This document shows, in pieces, positions 57,027-64,000 of a stretch of DNA of 64,000 bases. A program made the translations under genes and the position numbers. Each line of letters opens with the position of its first letter. Position 1 is the first letter of the stretch. The notes beneath the pieces were generated by a model. It was not told the origin of the DNA. It ran no database searches and was given only the letters and a program-made list of their open reading frames with translations. The DNA is from Candidatus Eiseniibacteriota bacterium (GTDB lineage: Bacteria > Eisenbacteria > RBG-16-71-46), in the NCBI GenBank assembly GCA_963776245.1, contig CAVZLN010000006.1, forward strand, positions 96,001 to 160,000, in the 5' to 3' direction.

Positions 57027-57547
57027 CACTTGATCACGAGGTGCGCGCGGCGGTTCTGCGCCCACGACGCCTCGTCGCTGCCGGTCGCGAACGGCCGCTC
57101 CTTGCCGTAGGAGATGAGGCTCAGCCGCGAAGCGGCGATCCCGGCGTTCACCAGGTACTCCTTGGCCGCCTGCGCGCGCCGCTCGCCCAGCGCCTGGTTG
57201 TACTCCTCCGTGCCGCGCTCGTCGCAGTGGCCCTCGATCACCACGTTCACCGCGGGGCGGGCGCGCAGCAGGCGCGCGTCGGCATCGAGCACGGTGCGCG
57301 CCTCGGCGGACAGCGCGTAGGCGTCGAAATCGAAGAACACGGGCTGGAGGCCCTCGGCCTGGACCGCCGGGGCCGGTGCCTCGCCGGGGGTGGGTGGCGT
57401 AGTGGGCTCGGGCGTCGGCGTCGCCGTGGTGGGCGGAGGAGCCGGGGGCGTCGGCGGCTGCTGGACCGCCTTCTTGGCGCAGCCGGCGAGCAGCGCGAGC
57501 GCGACCACGACCATGAGCGCCGTGAGGAGACGAGTGGGCTTCATCAT
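57026..57547 (-). CDS. pal: peptidoglycan-associated lipoprotein Pal
   Basis: lipobox LAGC; VFFDFD, IEGHCDERGTEEYNQALGERRA, ISYGKERP, QNRRA. Confidence 0.95.
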   Translation of the reverse strand: MMKPTRLLTALMVVVALALLAGCAKKAVQQPPTPPAPPPTTATPTPEPTTPPTPGEAPAPAVQAEGLQPVFFDFDAYALSAEARTVLDADARLLRARPAVNVVIEGHCDERGTEEYNQALGERRAQAAKEYLVNAGIAASRLSLISYGKERPFATGSDEASWAQNRRAHLVIK

Positions 57548-57581
57548 GAGTGACCTCCCGTGTCGGGGATGGAGTGAGGAT

Positions 57582-58859
57582 TCAAGGCGTGCCGGCATCG
57601 GCTGGGAACGGCGACCACGCCGGCGAGTAGGCCTCGCGTCCCCCGGTGTCGAGCCGGCGGGGCGCCCGGTCGTCGAGATCCGAGACGAACAGTCCGCGCT
57701 GGCCCTCGCGGTTCGACGCGAAGACGAGATGGCGGCCATCCGGCGACCAGCGCGGGTTCTCATTGCTGCCGCCCGAGACCGCGAGCCTCAGCCCGCTGCC
57801 GTCCGGCCGACAGGTGTAGAGATCGAACCCCGAGCCGGTGCGCGAGACGAAAGCGATCCGGTCCCCGCGCGGGGACCACGCGGGCGAGTCCGTGTAGCTC
57901 ACTTCGTACGTCAGCCGACGCACATTACCACCATCGCGGTCCATCACGTAGACCTGCGGGGAACCGCTGCGGTCGGAGGTGAAGGCGATCTCGAGGCCGG
58001 TCGGAGACCACGCCGGCGAGGTGTCGATCGACCGGCTCGAGGTCAGCCGCTGCGGCGAACCGCCGCGGGCGTCGAGCCGGTAGATCTCGGGGTTGCCGTC
58101 CAGCGACAGCGTGCAGGCGATCCCGCGCCCGTCGGGCGAGTAGGCGGCGCTGGTGTTGTTGCCGGGACGCCCCGAGATCAGGTGCGCGCGCCCGCCGGTC
58201 GCGGGGATCACCCACACCTGCGGGCCGGTGCCGCCGCGGTACGAGGTGAACAGCAGCAGCGAGCCGTCGGGCGCCCACCCCGGCGAGAGCGCGATCGACC
58301 GATCGGCGGTGAGCGGGCGCGCGTTGGCCCCGTCCGCGTCCATCACCCAGAGTTCCTTCCCGCTCGGGCTGCGCGCCACGAAGGCGATGCGCGTGGACGC
58401 CACGCCGCGCTCGCCGGTGAACTGGAGCACCACATCGTCGGCGAAGCGGTGCACCAGCGTGCGCCAATCCGAGAGCGGCCCGCGGTACTCCTTCAGCAGG
58501 ATGGGGCGCCGTGCCGGCACGTCGCGCACCTCGCCCGCGAAGCGCACCGTGCTGCCGGTGACGGTCCACTTCCCTCCCACTACCGCCTGCACGTCGAAGG
58601 CCTCCTGTCCGGGCGCCCAGGTGCGCGCGACGGTGAACACCGCCGAGCGCTCGAGATCGCTGGCCAGCGTCTCGTCGGCCTGCACCCCGGTCGCGCCGGC
58701 GCTCCGGTCGCCGCCGGCGGCGAGCGGCTCGCACTGGACGCGGATCCGGCGTCCCTGGCCCGAGGTGATGTCGAGACGCACCTCGCTCGGCGGCTGCGCC
58801 GACGCGCTCGCGGCGAGCATCGTGCACGCCAGCACCAGGACCAGCGCGCGCGCGCTCAT
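57582..58859 (-). CDS. tolB: Tol-Pal beta-propeller protein TolB
   Basis: HRFADDVV...TGERG...TRIAFV; PD40 repeats [28 protein letters not shown]. Confidence 0.92.
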   Translation of the reverse strand: MSARALVLVLACTMLAASASAQPPSEVRLDITSGQGRRIRVQCEPLAAGGDRSAGATGVQADETLASDLERSAVFTVARTWAPGQEAFDVQAVVGGKWTVTGSTVRFAGEVRDVPARRPILLKEYRGPLSDWRTLVHRFADDVVLQFTGERGVASTRIAFVARSPSGKELWVMDADGANARPLTADRSIALSPGWAPDGSLLLFTSYRGGTGPQVWVIPATGGRAHLISGRPGNNTSAAYSPDGRGIACTLSLDGNPEIYRLDARGGSPQRLTSSRSIDTSPAWSPTGLEIAFTSDRSGSPQVYVMDRDGGNVRRLTYEVSYTDSPAWSPRGDRIAFVSRTGSGFDLYTCRPDGSGLRLAVSGGSNENPRWSPDGRHLVFASNREGQRGLFVSDLDDRAPRRLDTGGREAYSPAWSPFPADAGTP

Positions 58860-59521
58860 GGCGTCGCGTACTCGAAGCCGAAGTGCACACCCAGCGTGCC
58901 GCCCGCGAAGCCGAGGGGCAGCGGGGGCAGCGGATCGCTGAGGATCACGGCCCGGGTCGCCGAGCGGTCGAAGAACTCCACGCGGCTCGGGGACTCGAGG
59001 CGCACCGCCGACAGCGAGCCATCGCGCGCGATCCGGAAGAACACCACCGCGCGCACGGGCTGTCCGCCGGTGACGAGCCCCGCGGGCGGACTCCAGGACT
59101 GCGCGATGCGATTGCGCACCAGCAGCAGGTAGTACGTGAACTCGAAGTCCCCGGCGTCCACCGCGATCTGGCCGCGCAGTCCGGTCGAGCCCGCCGGCGC
59201 GTACGGCAACGCGGGCGCCGGTCCGGGCGGGGTCTCGGGCGTCTTCGCCTCGTCGCGGGGCGCCGGCTTCTTCTTCTCGGGGATGGGCTTCACCAGTTTC
59301 ACCCCGGCGGCGTCCTCGGGCACCAGGTCGGGCACCTCGCGCTTCGGCTCCGGCGCGGACGGCCGCGGCGCGAGCAGGGTGGCCGCGGTCGCCGGGTCGA
59401 TCAGCGACACCTGCACCACGTCCGGCCCCGGCACGACGATGGGCGCCCCCGCGCGCACCGCGAACAGGGCGGCGAGCACGGCGAGGTGCGCCACCGCGGA
59501 GCCAATCAGCGCGTGACGCAC
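58856..59521 (-). CDS. tolA: TolA/TonB-like energy transducer
   Basis: TM with SxxxH motif, Pro/Lys linker, TonB_C-like [14 protein letters not shown]...FDRSATRAV...PLPPLP; position in operon. Confidence 0.75.
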   Translation of the reverse strand: MRHALIGSAVAHLAVLAALFAVRAGAPIVVPGPDVVQVSLIDPATAATLLAPRPSAPEPKREVPDLVPEDAAGVKLVKPIPEKKKPAPRDEAKTPETPPGPAPALPYAPAGSTGLRGQIAVDAGDFEFTYYLLLVRNRIAQSWSPPAGLVTGGQPVRAVVFFRIARDGSLSAVRLESPSRVEFFDRSATRAVILSDPLPPLPLGFAGGTLGVHFGFEYATP

Positions 59522-59522
59522 G

Positions 59523-59924
59523 CTAGCGCCCCTGCGCCGGCGGCTGGGTGACGAGACCGAGCGAGGACACCCCGGCGCGGCGCAGCCGGGCGATCAGCTC
59601 GACCACGTCGCCGTACGGCACCCCGCGGTCGGCCCGCAGGAACACCGGCCGCTGCGCGGCGCCGGCGCGCGCCAGCGCGTCCTCGAGCCGCGCGCGCGCC
59701 ACCCGCGTGTTGCCGAGCGCCACGGTGCCGTCGGTGCGCAGGCTCACCACCAGCCCCTCGCGCACATCGAGCCCCCGCGAGGCCACCCGGGGCAGGTCGA
59801 TCTCGAGCCCGCCCTGGAGGAACGGGGCGGTGACCATGAAGATGATGAGCAGCACGAGCACCACGTCCACGAAGGGCGTGACGTTGATCTCCGCCATCGG
59901 CCGGCGCTCGGGACCCAGGTGCAT
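59523..59924 (-). CDS. tolR: TolR/ExbD
   Basis: AEINVTPFVDVVLVLLIIFMVTAP, LRADRGVPYG. Confidence 0.9.
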   Translation of the reverse strand: MHLGPERRPMAEINVTPFVDVVLVLLIIFMVTAPFLQGGLEIDLPRVASRGLDVREGLVVSLRTDGTVALGNTRVARARLEDALARAGAAQRPVFLRADRGVPYGDVVELIARLRRAGVSSLGLVTQPPAQGR

Positions 59925-59926
59925 GC

Positions 59927-60640
59927 TCACCCCTCGACCCCCGCGATGCGACGATCGAGGAACTCGCTGATGAACTGGGCCGCATGGTTCTCGCGCGCAC
60001 GGAGGCGGCCGGTGAAGTGGTTGTACGCGACCACGGCGGGGATGGCCGCGGCGAGGCCGGCGACGGTGGCGATGAGGGCCTCGGCGATCCCGGGGCCGAC
60101 CACCACCAGCGACGCCGAGCCCTGCGCGCCGATGTTCAGGAACGAGGTCATGACGCCCCACACCGTGCCCAGCAGCCCGATGAACGGCGACACGCTGCCC
60201 GCGGTCGCCAGGGTGCCGACGTGGAGCTCGAGGGCCGCCGCCTCGTCGCCCGCCGCGCGCTCCATGGCGCGCTGCGCGAGCTCGAAGCGGAGCGTCAGCG
60301 GAGCGCCGGGCGCGGAGGCCGCGGGGTGGGTCTCGAGCGCGCGCTGGCCCGCGAGCGAGAGCCGCGCCAGCGGGCTCGCCGGGTGCTGCTGCGCCGCCAG
60401 ACGCAGGTCGGTCCCGGCGGCGAGGCGGCGGAAGGCTGCGAGGAAGTCGCGGTCCGCGCGCTCCGCGCGCGCCATCACACGCAGGCGGTCTGCGATGATG
60501 GCCCAGCAGACCACCGAGATCACCACCAGCAGCACGAGGATGAGCTTGGCGAACAGGCTCGAACTGGCGACCAGCGCGGGGATGGAAGCCCGTACGCCAC
60601 CGGCCTGCAGGATGAGGGTGCCGAGGACCATCGGCTTCAC
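59927..60640 (-). CDS. tolQ: TolQ/ExbB proton channel
   Basis: LATAGSVSPFIGLLGTVWG, PGIAEALIATVAGLAAAIPA; AAGGAG before GTG. Confidence 0.92.
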   Translation of the reverse strand: MKPMVLGTLILQAGGVRASIPALVASSSLFAKLILVLLVVISVVCWAIIADRLRVMARAERADRDFLAAFRRLAAGTDLRLAAQQHPASPLARLSLAGQRALETHPAASAPGAPLTLRFELAQRAMERAAGDEAAALELHVGTLATAGSVSPFIGLLGTVWGVMTSFLNIGAQGSASLVVVGPGIAEALIATVAGLAAAIPAVVAYNHFTGRLRARENHAAQFISEFLDRRIAGVEG

Positions 60641-61004
60641 ACTCCTTGTGAAGTCGGGCCGCCGCGCCGCCCGGTACGCCGCGCCGACGTGCGATGTGAG
60701 GAGGCCTTGCGGCCTGGGGAGCAGACAGTCCGCACGCTAACACGCGACCGGCGGGCCCTCAAGGCCCGGGCGTGCGGCGCACGGACTTTCATGTCCCTTC
60801 TACCCCGCGGACGTCCGCCCATTCCCAACTTCTTCACCGTGAGGCCACATCCCGCGCGCCCATGTCGCCCCCCGGACCGGGTCAAAGGCGTGCAAAAAGA
60901 AGCTCGCGGAGGGCCTGAGGGTTGTGTCGCGGAGCATCGATTCGGATACCCTCATCGCGAGTCGGCCAGCATCCCCCGCCCTCGAAGACCCTGAGGAGTG
61001 CATC

Positions 61005-61502
61005 GTGCCTCGAACTCTCCGCCCCGTGTTCGCCTTCGCGCTCGCGGTCGCCGCGCTGACCGGTCCCGCCGCGCGGGAGTCCTGGGCGGCGGACGCCCAG
61101 GCTCCCATGTTCTCGGTGCGCGCGCTCGACGGCAAGATGCTGCGTCTCTCGGACTACCGTGGGCGGCCGGTGATCCTCGACTTCTGGGCCACGTGGTGCG
61201 GGCCGTGCAAGGCCTCGATGCCCCACCTCACGACCCTGCAGGGTCGCTACCGGGACCGCGGGCTGGTGGTGATCGGCCTGTCGGTGGACGACGGCGATCC
61301 CCAGAAGGTGCGCCGCTTCGCCGACCGCCTGGGCATCGGGTTCCGGGTCGCGATGGCGGACGAGAAGGTGCTCGACCTCTACGGCCCGATCCGCGCCATC
61401 CCGACAACTTTCTTCATCAACCGCCGGGGTGAGGTGGTGCGCCGCGTGGTGGGCTACATCGACGGGGAGACCTTCGAGGGCTACACCAAGGAGATCTTCT
61501 AG
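61005..61502 (+). CDS. TlpA/ResA family thiol-disulfide oxidoreductase
   Basis: GAGGAG before GTG 61005; signal peptide; LDFWATWCGPC, IPTTFFI. Confidence 0.9.
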   Translation: MPRTLRPVFAFALAVAALTGPAARESWAADAQAPMFSVRALDGKMLRLSDYRGRPVILDFWATWCGPCKASMPHLTTLQGRYRDRGLVVIGLSVDDGDPQKVRRFADRLGIGFRVAMADEKVLDLYGPIRAIPTTFFINRRGEVVRRVVGYIDGETFEGYTKEIF

Positions 61503-61510
61503 GCCGGGGC

Positions 61511-61633
61511 GTCCGGGCCGTGACCTCCCGCTCCGGGAGATCTGGTCCGGATCACACACTCAGACGGCTCTCGTGGCGGGGTCACCCAGCGGGTCGGGGT
61601 GTCGGGTGGATTGACGATGCTGCGGGCCCGGGC
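61511..61633 (+). ncRNA. candidate structured non-coding RNA (rod-like hairpin with central bubble); family not recognised
   Basis: nested pairings 61511-22/61621-33, 61525-30/61534-39, 61556-65/61593-602, 61573-77/61581-85; G-U pairs favour the + strand. Confidence 0.3.
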
Positions 61634-61833
61634 CGGACGAGACCACCACCCCGCGCGCGTCGTTGCCCGCCGAACTCCGTGTGACGGCCTCGTCTGCGGT
61701 GGATCGAGTCCGCTCCCGGCCGGGTGGCGCGCTCCTTGCCCCTCCCCAAGTGCGCGTGTGCCGTCCGCCCAAGGGCATCCCCCCTGTGCCCGAACCGCGC
61801 TCCATTTCCCTGACCGATCAAGGGGGCCGCAGG

Positions 61834-64000
61834 ATGCGATCTTCCCTCGTGGCCGCGTTCGCCCTGCTCGTCGCGAGCGGGGCGTCTGCGTCTGGAGCGC
61901 CCTCGCTGGAGGCGACGCCGGCCGCGCATCCGCCAGCGATCGCGAACACCTTCGAGAACTGGCTGCTGGATCCACCCCCACTCTTCACCGAGCTCCCGCC
62001 CCGCGACTCGCTGATCGCGTGGCACGCGCAAGACACCACGCTGCGCGCGCGCGCGGCGCGCCCGCTCAGTTACGAGTGGACCGTCGACACCGCCGCGACC
62101 CACATCCATCTCGAGATGCCACGGTTGCTCCACTCGAGTGCGTCGGAGTACTTCCCTGCCCTGCTGGCGCAAGTGGTCGATCTCGACGGCGATGTGTTCC
62201 CCGAGGTCGTGAGCGTCTCCCCCACATCCAATGAGGTGACGATCCACATGGATGCGCTGGCGGACGACGCCGAACGCCGGGTCACCGTGCCGTTGCCGGG
62301 CTACGCCTTCGGGATGGCGGCGGGAGATCTCGATCGTGATGGCCTGCCGGACCTCGTCTGCTCCACGTGGAAGCCGGATGGCCTGGTGATCCTGCGCGGA
62401 CTCGGGGGCGGCACCTTCGCTCCGCCGGTCACCTATCCGACGGGCCCCGGTGCCCGCGGCCTCGCGCTCGCCGATCTCGATGGCGACGGCGACCTCGACA
62501 TCGCGCTCGCCTGCGCCGGCGACAGCACCGTCCGCGTATTTCTCGGCCGCGGCGACGGCGCGTTCGATGCCGGCGTCACCTGCCCGGTCGGAGACAGCCC
62601 GGCTGCGGTGCTCGCGTCCGACGTCACCGGGGATGGGAGGCTCGATCTGGTCAGCATGGATCAGGGGATGGACCCGGCCTCGAGGTCACTGTCGTGCCTG
62701 GTGAATCTGGGTGCTGGCGCGTTCGGCCCGCGCGTCACCTCCTTGCTGCCATGGCGAGCCTGCGCCATCGCGGCAGGCGATCTCGACGGCGACGGGCGGA
62801 CGGACGTCGCGATGAACGGGTACGGTGGAAGCCTCGTGCTCCTCGGCGATGGAACGGGCCGATTCGTCATCGGCCCGACGTTATCGACGAACGGGGGCCA
62901 GTACAACGCCGGGGTCGCGATCGCGGACCTCGACGGTGACGGCCGATCCGATGTCGTGGTGGGCGAGGCCGGGATACAGAGGGGCGCGACCTTCGCCATG
63001 TTCGGGGTGGTCCACATCCACCGTGGGCTCGACGGCGGAGGGTTCGAAGCCGGCCCGGGCTATCGCACCGTGGGCGCTCTCCAGTCGCTGAGCCTCGGCG
63101 ACGTGGACCGCGACGGGCTCCCCGACGTGCTTGCCGCCGGCGCGGGTAGAGGTTGGCCGGGCGGCGACCCGGGCGTGACGGTGCTCCTCCAGCGCCCGGA
63201 CCATCGGCTGCGGAGTCTCGCCGAGTACGGGCTGCCGCAGCTCCCGTCGTCGGGCTACTCGAGTGGAATCCATTCCGCCCGGGCGGTACGGCTCGGTGGA
63301 TCGGTGGACGACCTGATCGCCGTGACTGTCGATCGTATCCAGCTGATGGTGAACCAGGGCGCGCGCGGCTTCGCTGCGCCGGTCGAGGTGGGCGTGGGAG
63401 CGGTGTGCGCGGTCCGCGATCTCGATCTTGACGGCCTCGACGACGTCCTGGTGCAGAGTGGTGACGTTCTGGGCGTGTTGCGTGGCGGCGCCGGCCACAC
63501 GCTCGCGCCGGGGCAGTGGTCGCTGTCGGCGTACTTCTACATCGCGGTCGGCCAGTTCGGTGGAGACGCTTTCCCCGACCTCATCGTGCGAGACGCGAGC
63601 GGCGCCCTGTTCCTCGCGCGCGGCGTGGGTGGTGGCGAGTTCGCCGCGCCCGTCCCGACCGGGGCGGCGATTCCGGCCGACCCCAGGTTCGGCTTCGGCA
63701 ACCTCGCCGGCAATGGTGTCGACCTGGATCGTGACGATGTGGACGAGATGGTCGTGTTCCGCCAGCGGGACTCCCAGATCCCGGAGTCCGGCGACCACGC
63801 GCCTGACACGCTCGACGTCTTCCGCTGCCTCACCTCCGGCGCACTCGAGCGCGTCGCGATGGTCGCCGTGCCCTGGCCCCCCCGCAGCTACTGGGCGTAT
63901 GACTTGCCCCACCAGGTCTTGTCCGCCGATTTCGACGGCGACGGCTGGCGGGACCTCCTGGCGGTGCGCTACGCACCTGACGACTGCTGCACCAATGGGA
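61834..64000 (+). CDS. secreted FG-GAP/VCBS repeat protein, truncated by window end
   Basis: ATG 61834, signal peptide MRSSLVAAFALLVASGASA; repeated DLDGDG/DLDRDG-x-x-D motifs with GxGxF; not in ORF track because no stop in window. Confidence 0.85.
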   Translation, partial: MRSSLVAAFALLVASGASASGAPSLEATPAAHPPAIANTFENWLLDPPPLFTELPPRDSLIAWHAQDTTLRARAARPLSYEWTVDTAATHIHLEMPRLLHSSASEYFPALLAQVVDLDGDVFPEVVSVSPTSNEVTIHMDALADDAERRVTVPLPGYAFGMAAGDLDRDGLPDLVCSTWKPDGLVILRGLGGGTFAPPVTYPTGPGARGLALADLDGDGDLDIALACAGDSTVRVFLGRGDGAFDAGVTCPVGDSPAAVLASDVTGDGRLDLVSMDQGMDPASRSLSCLVNLGAGAFGPRVTSLLPWRACAIAAGDLDGDGRTDVAMNGYGGSLVLLGDGTGRFVIGPTLSTNGGQYNAGVAIADLDGDGRSDVVVGEAGIQRGATFAMFGVVHIHRGLDGGGFEAGPGYRTVGALQSLSLGDVDRDGLPDVLAAGAGRGWPGGDPGVTVLLQRPDHRLRSLAEYGLPQLPSSGYSSGIHSARAVRLGGSVDDLIAVTVDRIQLMVNQGARGFAAPVEVGVGAVCAVRDLDLDGLDDVLVQSGDVLGVLRGGAGHTLAPGQWSLSAYFYIAVGQFGGDAFPDLIVRDASGALFLARGVGGGEFAAPVPTGAAIPADPRFGFGNLAGNGVDLDRDDVDEMVVFRQRDSQIPESGDHAPDTLDVFRCLTSGALERVAMVAVPWPPRSYWAYDLPHQVLSADFDGDGWRDLLAVRYAPDDCCTNG

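Noticed and set aside
60641..61004. Riboswitch or sRNA between tolQ and tlpA
   Set aside because: Only short hairpins (AGGCC-GCAA-GGCCT) and promoter-like boxes; no recognisable family motif

Overview
Very GC-rich chromosomal segment of a diderm bacterium, shown by a complete tol-pal operon, Omp85 and PorT-like barrels, and T9SS/FlgD-type C-terminal-domain and FG-GAP proteins. An FCB-adjacent lineage such as Candidatus Eisenbacteria is plausible, but that is inference only. Most of the window is housekeeping: peptidases, gltA, thrC, rsgA, murJ/uppP, hsp20-dnaK, nuoI, dcd, moaB, nfo and tolQRAB-pal-cpoB. It also carries a bacillithiol operon (bshC-bshB1-bshA) coupled to a DUF1611/epimerase (DgcN/DgcA-like) pair, a sensor kinase and rsgA. 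Two lower-GC inserts lie at about 4.1-6.7 kb and 7.5-10.3 kb. The first hides a heavily frameshifted Hanks-type Ser/Thr kinase, not recoverable as a single ORF, whose C-terminus resembles the anti-phage kinase Stk2. The second holds a tail-fibre-like secreted protein plus a small sorting-domain protein and is bracketed by a duplicated 3' end of a DUF72 gene. Other oddities are a gamma-carbonic-anhydrase/DinB fusion, a solitary BMC-T shell gene, a CtaG fused to a periplasmic Cys domain, two sigma54 promoters, many apparently leaderless genes and a candidate structured RNA. Many core genes carry single-base indels that look like consensus errors, so frameshifts need care. No tRNA, rRNA, CRISPR array, integrase or transposase was recognised.
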